A stretch of 64,000 nucleotides of DNA from Bordetella parapertussis (GTDB taxonomy: Bacteria > Pseudomonadota > Gammaproteobacteria > Burkholderiales > SG8-41): NCBI GenBank assembly GCA_945864585.1, contig CAMBCF010000006.1, forward strand, positions 3,325 to 67,324, in the 5' to 3' direction. The position numbers and the translations under genes were made by a program. Below, in pieces: positions 35,701 through 44,936 of this stretch; the stretch's first letter is position 1, and each line of letters begins with the position of its first letter. The notes beneath the pieces were generated by a model that did not search any database, was not told the origin of the DNA, and saw only the letters and a list, made by a program, of their open reading frames with translations.

Positions 35701-36246
35701 ATGAAATTCTGCAGCAACTGCGGCGCCACCGTCGCGCGCAAAATCCCCGAGGGCGACTCGCTGCCGCGCTACGTTTGCGATGCGTGCAACACTATTCACT
35801 ATCAGAATCCGCGCATGGTCGTCGGTTGCGTGCCGGTATGGGAAGACCAGGTGCTGCTGTGCAAACGCGCGATCGAGCCGCGCTACGGCTTGTGGACGGT
35901 CCCCGCGGGTTTCATGGAAAACGGCGAAACGCTGGACGCGGGCGCCGCGCGCGAAACCCTCGAAGAAGCCTGTGCGCGCGTCGAAATCGGCGCACTGTAT
36001 GCCGTCTACAACATACCGCACGTCAATCAGGTCTATCTGCTGTTTCTCGCCAAACTGCTCGATCTAAATTTCAGCGCCGGCGCCGAAACACTGGAAGCGC
36101 GGCTGTTTCGCGAAGATGAAATTCCGTGGGATCAAATCGCTTTCGCCACCGTGCGCAACACACTCACGCATTATTTCAGCGACCGCGCGCGCAAGCACTT
36201 TGGCTTTCACTTGGGAACGATAGAGCGGCCGCCGCGTACGACTTGA
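35701..36246 (+). CDS. NUDIX hydrolase with N-terminal zinc ribbon
   Basis: The zinc ribbon is CSNCG...CDAC. The Nudix box is GFMENGETLDAGAARETLEEACA. Confidence 0.85.
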   Translation: MKFCSNCGATVARKIPEGDSLPRYVCDACNTIHYQNPRMVVGCVPVWEDQVLLCKRAIEPRYGLWTVPAGFMENGETLDAGAARETLEEACARVEIGALYAVYNIPHVNQVYLLFLAKLLDLNFSAGAETLEARLFREDEIPWDQIAFATVRNTLTHYFSDRARKHFGFHLGTIERPPRTT

Positions 36247-36276
36247 CTCCCAACCAGCGGCCCGATCAAATTTGCT

Positions 36277-36372
36277 TGTAGGGTGGGCACCCTTTATGTG
36301 CCCACGCGGTGCGATGTGGCTCCATTCGACCGCGTGGGCAAAACAAAAAGCGTCTTGCCCACGAAAGCTACA
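36277..36372. repeat. Inverted pair of REP-type hairpins (BIME-like)
   Basis: The sequence reads TGTAG-GGTGGGCAC-cctttat-GTGCCCAC-GCGGT ... ACCGC-GTGGGCAA-aacaaaaagcgtc-TTGCCCAC-gaaag-CTACA. It lies between convergent genes. Confidence 0.7.
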
Positions 36373-36416
36373 TTTCATTCAGCCCAAGCTACGCGCTCCC
36401 AACGCCAAACCAACCT

Positions 36417-37619
36417 CTACACCGCCCGCAGCGCATCCACAATATTCAGGCGCGCTGCGCGAAACGCCGGTAGAAATCCGCCGACAAATCCCATCGTCAG
36501 TGCAAACAGCAGCGTCTTGCCCGCGATATCCGCCGTCAGAATGAAGCGGAAAGACAAGTCGGCAAAGGTCTGAAAATTGACGGTCGAGAATGAGGCGAAT
36601 TGCATCAGCGAGGCGAACGACAAGCCCACCACGCCGCCCACCCATCCCAACAGCAGCGCTTCGGCCAGAAAAGCCCACAGCACTGCGCCTTGCCGAAAAC
36701 CCAGTGCGCGCAAAGTGCCGATCTCGTTAACCCGGCTCGCCACCGAAGCGTACATGGTGATCATCGCGCCGATCATCGCGCCGATGGAAAAAATCACCGA
36801 TAGCGTCAGGCCCAGCATATTAATGAACGTCGACAACGCTTTCGACTGGTCGCTGTAGAACTTTTGTTCGCGTTTCATCTCCTGCGCGAGGCGCGGGTCT
36901 TCACCCACCTCCGCGCGAAATGCATCGAAGCGGCTGCTATCGGCCAGCCGCGCTACCATCGACGAATAGGCGTTGCGCCGGAACGCCTGCAACAACTGAT
37001 CGACGTCGCCCCACACCTCGGAATCAAAACCGCTGCCACCGCCGTCGAACACCCCCACTACCGTCCATTCGCGTTGCGCGAAATTCAGATGCTGGCCGAT
37101 GCCGGTGTTGGCAAAGCGCGCGGCAATGCTGGCGCCGACGATGATTTCCGAGGTACCGGGCCGAAACAAGCGGCCGTCTTTTATTTTTACCTGTGGCCGC
37201 AGCACAAAACCGGTATCCGAAGTGCCGCGTATCACCACGTTCGACGGCTTGTCGTCGCCCGCGCGCAACAGTGAAATCAGCACCACGGTTTCTTTCGATA
37301 CCATGCGGCTGCCCTGCGCGCCGAGAGCCACCGCCGGGTGCATTTCGATGATGCCCGCCTGCTCGCGTGAAATACCGCTTTGGATTTCGGTCTCGGCGCC
37401 CTTGCGGATAATCACCGCGTTGTCCAATTCTCCGGTGGTGACCAGCGTGCGTTTGAGCCCTTCGTCCATCATCAACACGGTCGCGAACACAAACACCACC
37501 AGCGCCAGGCCGCCCGCCGTCAACGCGGTGGTCAGGCGGCGCGTCCACAAATTGCGCGCGATATAAGTGAGCGGTATCGCCACGATGGTCGCTCTAGCCC
37601 ATCGCCCGCAGGCCGTCAA
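36417..37619 (-). CDS. ABC transporter permease, FtsX/MacB-like
   Basis: It has an N-terminal TM helix, a large periplasmic domain and a C-terminal 3-TM FtsX fold. GTG 37583 is an alternative start just after the upstream stop. Confidence 0.85.
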   Translation of the reverse strand: MTACGRWARATIVAIPLTYIARNLWTRRLTTALTAGGLALVVFVFATVLMMDEGLKRTLVTTGELDNAVIIRKGAETEIQSGISREQAGIIEMHPAVALGAQGSRMVSKETVVLISLLRAGDDKPSNVVIRGTSDTGFVLRPQVKIKDGRLFRPGTSEIIVGASIAARFANTGIGQHLNFAQREWTVVGVFDGGGSGFDSEVWGDVDQLLQAFRRNAYSSMVARLADSSRFDAFRAEVGEDPRLAQEMKREQKFYSDQSKALSTFINMLGLTLSVIFSIGAMIGAMITMYASVASRVNEIGTLRALGFRQGAVLWAFLAEALLLGWVGGVVGLSFASLMQFASFSTVNFQTFADLSFRFILTADIAGKTLLFALTMGFVGGFLPAFRAARLNIVDALRAV

Positions 37620-38748
37620 CGATGCGCACGCGTGATGCCTGCAGCGCCGGCACGATGGCCGCTATCACGCCCACCGCGAGTGCGCACAGCGCCTGCGCCA
37701 TCATCGTGGTTTGCGACACCGCAAATATCGGAAAAATGCCGCCCACTGCCTGCTTGAAACCCGCCGCCGCATAGGGCGTAAGCCACAGCCCGATGCCGCC
37801 GCCCACCGCGCAGATCGCCAGTGATTCGCCGAAAATCAACGTCGCCACGAAGCCGGGGCCGAACCCCAGCGCTTTCAACGTCGCATGCTCGGCAGTGCGT
37901 TCGCGCGCACTCATCGCCATGGTGTTGGCCATTACCGCGAGAATAATCAGAATCACCACATACGACACCACCCGGATCGCGGCGATGATTTCGTTGGACA
38001 TCGACACAAACGAAAGCTGAAACGCCTGCTCGGTCTCGGTGAGTGTTTCCGCCACCGAATTCTGAAACTGCGCGTCCACCAGACGCGAAACCGCGGCGGC
38101 ACGGTCCGCGGCGTCGATGCCGACTATGTACACGCCCACCTGGTCGGCGCGGCGGCCCGCACGCGGCCGCAACCATTCGTTAAGATACTCCCAGTGAAAC
38201 AACAGGTGCCGCGTAATTTTGGTGTCGTCGGAACCGTCAAATATGCCGCGCACCACGAATTGCCAGTCGCCGGGGTAAATACTGCCGCGCAGCGGAATCA
38301 CGTCGCCCACCTTGAAGCCGTACTGATCGGCCAACTGGCGCCCCACCAGCGCGCCCTTGCGGTCGCGCATCCACGCCTGACGTTCGGCCTCGGGCAGCAA
38401 AAATTCACTGTATAAATCCAGATAATTCTCACTCACCGCGAACTGCGGAAAAAAATTCTTCGGCTCCTTGTAAATACCGCCAAACCAGGTGGAGCGCGCC
38501 ACGCGGGTCACCCCTTCTACGGCACGTATGCGTGCTTCGTAGCTCACCGGCAGGGTGAACACGAGGGATATGGAACTGCGCGTAATCAGCCTTGTTTTTG
38601 ATGCCGCATCGGCGCCTGCAAACCAGGCATCCACCACCGTCTGCAACAAACCGTAGGCGAGCACGGCGATCAGCAGGCCGAACACCGTAAGACCGCTGCG
38701 TATTTTGTGACGCAGCGCGTTGCGAACGATAAGTTTCAGTGCGTACAT
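37594..38748 (-). CDS. ABC transporter permease, FtsX/MacB-like
   Basis: The ORF is trimmed to ATG 38748 (MYALKLIVRNALRHKIRSGLTVFGLL). Confidence 0.85.
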   Translation of the reverse strand: MYALKLIVRNALRHKIRSGLTVFGLLIAVLAYGLLQTVVDAWFAGADAASKTRLITRSSISLVFTLPVSYEARIRAVEGVTRVARSTWFGGIYKEPKNFFPQFAVSENYLDLYSEFLLPEAERQAWMRDRKGALVGRQLADQYGFKVGDVIPLRGSIYPGDWQFVVRGIFDGSDDTKITRHLLFHWEYLNEWLRPRAGRRADQVGVYIVGIDAADRAAAVSRLVDAQFQNSVAETLTETEQAFQLSFVSMSNEIIAAIRVVSYVVILIILAVMANTMAMSARERTAEHATLKALGFGPGFVATLIFGESLAICAVGGGIGLWLTPYAAAGFKQAVGGIFPIFAVSQTTMMAQALCALAVGVIAAIVPALQASRVRIVDGLRAMG

Positions 38749-38752
38749 CGCA

Positions 38753-39460
38753 TCACGCGGGCGGCGCTTCCAGCAGCAGCTCGCCCTTCTCCAGATACAC
38801 CAGCCGCCGCGCGGTTTTGGCGGCGTGCGCATCGTGCGTCACCATCACAATCGTGGTGCCCAGCTCCGCATTCAGCCGCTGCAACATCGTCAGAATATCG
38901 GCGGCCGACTGCCGATCCAGATCGCCCGTGGGCTCGTCCGCCACGATCAACAAAGGATCGCTGATCACTGCGCGCGCTATGGCCACGCGCTGCTGCTGCC
39001 CGCCGGAAAGCTCCGAGGGATAATGATCCATGCGATCGCTCAGCCCCACCATCGACAAGGTGAGTTCCACGCGCTCGCGGCGCTCGGCGCGCGTGAGAGA
39101 AGTCAGCGTCAGCGGCAGTTCGATATTTTCATAGGCGCTCAACACCGGCATCAGATTGTAGAACTGAAACACAAACCCCACATTGCGCGCGCGCCAGTCA
39201 GCCAATTCGCCTTCATTCAGGGCGGTGATGTCGAGTCCGCTCACGCGCAGCACGCCGCCATCGGGTTTGTCGATGCCCGCGATGAGATTGAGCAGCGTAC
39301 TCTTGCCGGAACCGCTGGGGCCCATCAGCGCGGTGAATTCACCGCGGACAATATCAAGTGTGATGTCGGCAAGCACCGGCACGATGTGGCCGCCGCGGTG
39401 ATACGACTTCGCGAGATTGCGGATCTCGACCATCGGTTGCGGCGCTGCCATGGCTTGCAC
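38753..39460 (-). CDS. ABC transporter ATP-binding protein (MacB/LolD-type)
   Basis: It has Walker A (GPSGSGKST), the signature (LSGGQQQRVAIARA) and Walker B (LIVADEPTGDLD). Confidence 0.92.
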   Translation of the reverse strand: MQAMAAPQPMVEIRNLAKSYHRGGHIVPVLADITLDIVRGEFTALMGPSGSGKSTLLNLIAGIDKPDGGVLRVSGLDITALNEGELADWRARNVGFVFQFYNLMPVLSAYENIELPLTLTSLTRAERRERVELTLSMVGLSDRMDHYPSELSGGQQQRVAIARAVISDPLLIVADEPTGDLDRQSAADILTMLQRLNAELGTTIVMVTHDAHAAKTARRLVYLEKGELLLEAPPA

Positions 39461-39477
39461 CTCAGCGATAGCGCGAA

Positions 39478-40692
39478 TTACTTCGCCGCCACGGCAACCG
39501 CCGCGCCATCGCGCAGCCGCTCGGACGGCTTCACCACCACCTTGTCGCCGGGCTTCACCCCCTGCTTCACTTCCAAAACTTCGCCGTAGCTGGCGCCGGT
39601 TTCAATCGCGGTTTCGACGGCTTTGCCGTCGCGCACCACGTAAACAACCCTGCGCCCGGCACGCTCGGTCAGTGCGGCCGGCGGTACCACAGTGCGCGGT
39701 GCGCGTTCCGCCTCAGGTGTTTCTTTCGATAAAAACGCCACCTTCGCGCTCATCTCGGGCAGGATGCGCGCGTCTTTGTCGACGAAACGCACCTTGACGT
39801 TTACCGTGGCTTTGGCGCGGTCCACCGTGGGCACAGTACGCGTGACCCTGCCGCGAAAGCGTTCACCCGGCAGCGCATCGAGTTGAATTTCACACGGCTG
39901 CTCGATTTTAACTTTGCCCACGCTGGCTTCGGAAACATCGGCCTCGACTTCGAGCGTGCTCATGTCAGCCATGGTCACCACCGCGGCTTGCGAGCCGCTG
40001 GCGGATGAAAACGGCGTAATCACATCACCGACGTTGGCGTTCTTGGTCAATATCACGCCGTCGAACGGCGCGCGAATCAAGGTTTGATCGACGCCCACCT
40101 GCGCCGAGCGCACATTCGCCTGCGCCACAGCAATCGACGCCTTGAGTCCGTTAATCGCCGCCTGCGCTTTCTCCACCCGGGCCACCGCCACATCATGCGC
40201 GGCGGCCGACACGAAGTTTTTCTGCAACAGATCACGCGAGCGTTCCAGCGCGCGCTGCGCATCACGCATCTCCACTTCACCCTGCTGCAGATTGGCGCGC
40301 GTCAGCATCACGTTGGCCTGCGCCTGTTGCAATGTCGCCATCATGTCCTTGTTTTCAAGCCGCGCCAGCACCTCGTTCTCGCGCACTGTGCTGCCTTCAC
40401 GCACGCCCAGCCATTCCAGCCGGCCCGTCGCCTTCGACGCCACTGCCGCCTTGCGTTGCGCCACCACATAACCAGTGGCGTTGAGTTGCGTGTTGGCCTG
40501 CGATGGATAGGCTTGCGTCACCACCACAATCTCAACCGGAATCGCCGCACGGTTGCCGAAATACCAGTAACCGGCGACACCACACGCCGCCAACGTGCCT
40601 AGCAACAGCCACCATGCATAACGCCCGCGCCGCCGTTGCAGCGGTGCGCTGCCACGTTCAATGCGCAAGCGGGAGAGATCTTCACCAGACAT
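39478..40692 (-). CDS. Periplasmic adaptor (membrane fusion protein, HlyD/MacA-like)
   Basis: It has an N-terminal anchor, a coiled-coil hairpin and beta-barrel regions. It is the first gene of a four-gene efflux operon. Confidence 0.88.
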   Translation of the reverse strand: MSGEDLSRLRIERGSAPLQRRRGRYAWWLLLGTLAACGVAGYWYFGNRAAIPVEIVVVTQAYPSQANTQLNATGYVVAQRKAAVASKATGRLEWLGVREGSTVRENEVLARLENKDMMATLQQAQANVMLTRANLQQGEVEMRDAQRALERSRDLLQKNFVSAAAHDVAVARVEKAQAAINGLKASIAVAQANVRSAQVGVDQTLIRAPFDGVILTKNANVGDVITPFSSASGSQAAVVTMADMSTLEVEADVSEASVGKVKIEQPCEIQLDALPGERFRGRVTRTVPTVDRAKATVNVKVRFVDKDARILPEMSAKVAFLSKETPEAERAPRTVVPPAALTERAGRRVVYVVRDGKAVETAIETGASYGEVLEVKQGVKPGDKVVVKPSERLRDGAAVAVAAK

Positions 40693-40952
40693 GGAATTAT
40701 TTTAATTTATTCAATAAAAACAATTAGTTATATACCTTCACTGAACGCCAGTGTAGCAGGCCTGCTGCGCTGCGACGATAGTCAACGATGTGCGCGAAGG
40801 ATGCCTTCGGTTAAAGTCTCGCGCACAAACAACGCATGTATGGCGGGCCGGAAGCCGCCGCTGCGTTCGCGTCCGATTGACTGCTTGCCAGTTCAGTCTA
40901 ATTTAATCGCCTAGTCGATCGCGCGATACAGGCGCTGATCAAACAACGCCCG

Positions 40953-42074
40953 TTACCAACCACTGAAACGCGGCCAGCGCGCCTCCACCTGCAACGCTTC
41001 ATTGACCACCTGATAACCCTCGTGCTGCGCCGCCGTGGCGCACGCGTGATTGGGCAAAATGCGCAGCAGCGTGCCGAGGGGATAGCGCGCACTATCCACC
41101 GCACCGCCATCGCGCGCAGAAATGATGCCGTGCTCCTGATTGGCGCCCGAAACGGTCAATCCATCAATAAGACGCCCCTGCGCATCGCACACCAGCCCAT
41201 AGCCCTGATCGATTTTTTGCGCAGCAGTGCCGCGGTCACGCGACAGCGCCATCCAGCCGGCGTCGGTAATGATCCAGCCTTTTTCCGGCTGGTGACCGAT
41301 CACCGAAGTCAATACCGACAGCGCGATATCGTCCACCGCGCACACCGACAATCCCGCCATGAACAAATCAAAAAACATATATACACCCGCGCGCACTTCG
41401 GTCACACCCGCAAACGACTCGGCGTAGGTGGCGGTGGGCGACGAGCCTACGCTCACCACGGCGCAGGGCAACTCTGCGTCCCGCAACGCCTCGGCACAAC
41501 GCACTACAGCCGCGCGCTCACGCTCGGCCATGGCGCGAATTTCGTCCACCGATTTGCAGTCATAGGAGCCGCCGGCGTGGGTCATTACCCCGCGCAGATT
41601 CGCCCCCAGCGTGCGCCCGATTTCGAGCAATCGCGCGTCACCGGGCTTCACACCGGCGCGATGTCCGTCGCTGTCGATTTCGATCAACGCCGAAAACGCA
41701 GCGCCCGTTACGCGGCTGTTGTCGGCCACTGCGCGCGCCGCCTCAACGCTGTCGAGAATAATCGTAAGGTCGCAACCTTGCGCGCGCAGCGCCGCCACAT
41801 GCGCCAGCTTGTTGGGCGCGATGCCCACCGCGTACAAAATGTCGTGATAACCGGCCACAAAAAATTGCTCAGCCTCTTTCAGCGTGGAAACCGTAATGCC
41901 GCCCTCGCCAGGCGCCACCGCGCGCCGCACCACGTCTACCGATTTCGAGGTCTTCACATGCGGCCGCAGGCGGGCACCCAACTGCGTCACCTGCATGCGC
42001 ATGCGCGCGAGATTACGATCCAGCTTGGCGCGCTCGAGTATGAGCGTAGGAGTTTTAAGTTCACCAAGGAACAT
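40953..42074 (-). CDS. PLP-dependent D-threonine aldolase / D-serine dehydratase-like enzyme (alanine racemase N-domain fold)
   Basis: LKTPTLILERAKLDRNLARM...LRPHVKTSKS contains the PLP lysine motif. The product is 373 aa. Confidence 0.78.
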   Translation of the reverse strand: MFLGELKTPTLILERAKLDRNLARMRMQVTQLGARLRPHVKTSKSVDVVRRAVAPGEGGITVSTLKEAEQFFVAGYHDILYAVGIAPNKLAHVAALRAQGCDLTIILDSVEAARAVADNSRVTGAAFSALIEIDSDGHRAGVKPGDARLLEIGRTLGANLRGVMTHAGGSYDCKSVDEIRAMAERERAAVVRCAEALRDAELPCAVVSVGSSPTATYAESFAGVTEVRAGVYMFFDLFMAGLSVCAVDDIALSVLTSVIGHQPEKGWIITDAGWMALSRDRGTAAQKIDQGYGLVCDAQGRLIDGLTVSGANQEHGIISARDGGAVDSARYPLGTLLRILPNHACATAAQHEGYQVVNEALQVEARWPRFSGW

Positions 42075-42395
42075 ATTTATATAACCATCTGTTTTTAAAT
42101 ATAAAAAAGGTATGCCTTGCCAGAAAACCGCTCGCTCCCGCCCGCGCCTTTGCCATCGCGGACGCGTTGTGGCTGGAAGCGCGGGCTTGGGGCGTATGGA
42201 GCGCGCCTTTCAAACTGGAAAGCATACGCCACAAAATTCAACTCGCGAAAGTTTTGAATGTTTCAATCACTGCTCGCACCCCTCGCGGTTGAACTGGAAG
42301 CACGCTGTCTGAGCGAACATGAATCGGACACCGGCTTGCCGTTACTGGCGCGCTGCGCGGCACTGCCGCCACCCGCAGCTTGAACCTGATCCCGC

Positions 42396-42424
42396 TTGAT
42401 GCTAAAGTAAGGAATCCTTACTTT
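42396..42424 (+). promoter_or_regulatory. vapB promoter (TTGATG-17-TACTTT) overlapped by the perfect palindrome AAAGTAAGGA-a-TCCTTACTTT
   Basis: The palindrome spans 42404-42424, 20 nt upstream of ATG 42445. Confidence 0.5.
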
Positions 42425-42444
42425 CCGCAAAAAGGGGTGACACC

Positions 42445-42693
42445 ATGCTCGCAAAATTGACGGTCAAGAATCAGCTTACCTTACCCAAGGCCGTAACCAA
42501 CGCGATAGGCCCGGTCGAGTATTTCGACGTTGAAGCCCGCGACGGCCAGATCATACTCACACCCATGCGCATGCAGCGCTCGGATGCCGTGCGCACTAAA
42601 CTCGCGGCACTGAACATTCAGGAATCAGATATCGCCGCCGCCGTAACCTGGGCGCGCAAGTCTGCCGGCCAGTCCAAGAAATCCGGGAAATGA
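42445..42693 (+). CDS. vapB: AbrB/SpoVT-type antitoxin (VapB-like)
   Basis: MLAKLTVKNQLTLPKAV is a swapped-hairpin motif. It has a 4-nt overlap with the PIN gene. Confidence 0.8.
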   Translation: MLAKLTVKNQLTLPKAVTNAIGPVEYFDVEARDGQIILTPMRMQRSDAVRTKLAALNIQESDIAAAVTWARKSAGQSKKSGK

Positions 42694-43121
42694 CGCGCCC
42701 GCCACCACGCGTGGTGTTAGACACCAACGTCGTGCTCTCTGCGCTGGTGTTCGCGCAAGGACGACTAGCATCACTGCGGCACGCGTGGCAACACGGACGC
42801 TGCCACCCGCTGGTATCCAATGCAACCACGGCGGAACTCATACGCGTGCTGAATTATCCGAAATTCAAACTCACAAATGAAGACCAGCAAGAACTTCTCG
42901 CGGACTATCTTCCGTATTGCACTATCGTCAATGTTCCGGCTCCGCCACCCCAAACACCACCCTGCCGTGACCCGTTCGACGTACCCTTCCTGGTGTTGGC
43001 CATCGCCGGCAAGGCGGACTATCTGGTTACTGGCGACAAGGCTCTGTTGAGCGTCACGCTGGGTACCGGTTGCGCTATCGTCACAGCAGATCAGTTCCTG
43101 CAAATGCTCGCTGAAGCATAA
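42690..43121 (+). CDS. vapC: PIN-domain toxin (VapC-like)
   Basis: The acidic residues VVLDTNVVLSAL ... D.FL.LA ... YLVTGDK are typical of PIN. Confidence 0.85.
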   Translation: MTRPPPRVVLDTNVVLSALVFAQGRLASLRHAWQHGRCHPLVSNATTAELIRVLNYPKFKLTNEDQQELLADYLPYCTIVNVPAPPPQTPPCRDPFDVPFLVLAIAGKADYLVTGDKALLSVTLGTGCAIVTADQFLQMLAEA

Positions 43122-43167
43122 TCTTATGTCGGCGCGCCGTGCGCCGCGAATACTTGGAGACAATTTC

Positions 43168-43725
43168 ATGAAAGTACTCGAACTGGTAGCAAGATTCGCC
43201 CAAGCCGGTGAAAGCGCAAACCCGATGAACGCCGCGCGCGAGGAACTCGAAGCCCTGCACGGCGACCTTGATGCCGTAGAGCAGGCGCTGCGGTTTGTTT
43301 CAGGCACCGGCGGCAACGCGCGGCAGGTGTTCTACCGCTCGCCCGCGATCACGCTATTGAAGGTTTGTTTCCCCAATGGCCGCCGCACGCCGCCGCATAA
43401 TCATGGCACGTGGGCAACCATATTGCTGCTGTCGGGTGAGGAAAAGAACACGCTCTACCGGCAAGACAACGGCAAACTGCGCAAAGCCGGCGAAGTCACA
43501 CTCACGCGCGGTTCCATATTGCCGATGCTCGCCGACACTGCGCATGTGGCTGAATGCCTGGGCGACAAGCCGGCGATCGGCCTGCATGTTTACGGCGGCG
43601 ACATATTCGATCTGCCGCGCCGCATGTGGAATCCGGAAACGCTTGAAGCGCACGCACTCGACTGGACGCTGTATGAGCAGTTTGCGCAAACCGCGTCAAA
43701 AGCAGCAAGCGCGCCGGCGCCGTGA
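43168..43725 (+). CDS. Cupin-fold protein (cysteine-dioxygenase-like metal enzyme)
   Basis: The ORF is trimmed to ATG 43168 (GGAGA upstream). The cupin metal motif is PPHNHGTWATILLLSGEE ... HVAE. Confidence 0.6.
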   Translation: MKVLELVARFAQAGESANPMNAAREELEALHGDLDAVEQALRFVSGTGGNARQVFYRSPAITLLKVCFPNGRRTPPHNHGTWATILLLSGEEKNTLYRQDNGKLRKAGEVTLTRGSILPMLADTAHVAECLGDKPAIGLHVYGGDIFDLPRRMWNPETLEAHALDWTLYEQFAQTASKAASAPAP

Positions 43726-43808
43726 AATGCAATCGGCGGGATCAGGCTTTGGCTATTGCTACCACCCCACGGATAGAATCAGCAACAAACTAAAGTTGAT
43801 GTTGACCG

Positions 43809-44789
43809 TTACGGCGCGCGCAGCCCGACCGCCACCACCGTCTTGGATATCGCGCCGACCAGGCGACGCAGCTGCTTGTCGTACTCTTCCGGCGTCATCG
43901 GTATACGCTCGAAGCCGATGCCGTCCATGCGCTCTTTGACATCGGGAAGCTCAAGCACGCGCGCGATGTCCCTGCTGATCTGATTCACTATGGCACGAGG
44001 GGTCCCGGCCGGCGCGATGATCCCGTGTGTTGCATCCCGCTCGAACGTGGGCAGGATCTCCGTCATCACCGGGACGTCCGGCAGCAGCGGCGAGCGCTTT
44101 GCGGCGATCTGCGCCAAGGGCACCACCCGTTTGTCCTGGATGAAGGGCAGTGCCGGCCCCATGCTGATAAGGCCGTAGTTCAGGCGCCCTGCGGCGACCT
44201 CGATCAGGACTTCAGGTAAGCCTTTGAAAGCCACGTGCACACCCTTGATGCCGGCGGTCATGTTGAATATCTCGGTGGTCATGTGCGTGCCGCTGCCCGC
44301 CCCGGACGTGCCGAAGAGAAGCTTGCCGGACCGTGCGTGCGCAAGCGCGATCAATTCCTTGAGCGACTTGACACCCAGCGTTGGCGTGACGATCACGATG
44401 GAAGTGGGAACCCCGATCTGGCTAACCCCGGCGAACTCCTTGAGTAGGTCGTACATGGGTTTCACAGGCAGCACTGCGTTGACTACCATAGCGCTCGATA
44501 TCATCAGCAGCGTGTAGCCATCAGGCGTGGCCTTGGCGACCATGACGGTGGCGAGCTGGCCGCCGGCTCCCGAGCGATTTTCGATGACGATGGGCTGGCC
44601 CCAGATATCGCCGAGCTTCTGGGCGACCAGGCGCCCCGTGATGTCGGTGGCGCTGCCCGGGGAGAAACCCACGACGAGACGCACCGGCCTGGTGGGAAAT
44701 TTCTGCTGCGCCTGTGCAAGAACGGGCGCCGCCGCGACGGCGAGCCCCAACGCAACCACTGCATACACTGTCGATCGCCATACGCGCAT
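43809..44789 (-). CDS. Bug/TctC-family periplasmic solute-binding protein
   Basis: The ORF is trimmed to ATG 44789 (GGAGGA upstream). A signal peptide is followed by FPTRPVRLVVGFSPGSATD. Confidence 0.9.
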   Translation of the reverse strand: MRVWRSTVYAVVALGLAVAAAPVLAQAQQKFPTRPVRLVVGFSPGSATDITGRLVAQKLGDIWGQPIVIENRSGAGGQLATVMVAKATPDGYTLLMISSAMVVNAVLPVKPMYDLLKEFAGVSQIGVPTSIVIVTPTLGVKSLKELIALAHARSGKLLFGTSGAGSGTHMTTEIFNMTAGIKGVHVAFKGLPEVLIEVAAGRLNYGLISMGPALPFIQDKRVVPLAQIAAKRSPLLPDVPVMTEILPTFERDATHGIIAPAGTPRAIVNQISRDIARVLELPDVKERMDGIGFERIPMTPEEYDKQLRRLVGAISKTVVAVGLRAP

Positions 44790-44936
44790 AGTTCCTCCGG
44801 GGATGGGGTTTTCAACCCCTTTTTTAACCAAGCCGCAATCTATCTTGCGACAAGCGAACAGTCAACCGCATCCGCGCTTCGCTTAAAATAGCATCCTTGC
44901 CATCTGAATTCTCACCTGAAACCAAAAAATCTGCTC

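Noticed and set aside
41022-42098. 358-aa plus-strand ORF
   Set aside because: It is antisense to the PLP-dependent aldolase-like gene, has an Arg/His-rich composition and no start context.
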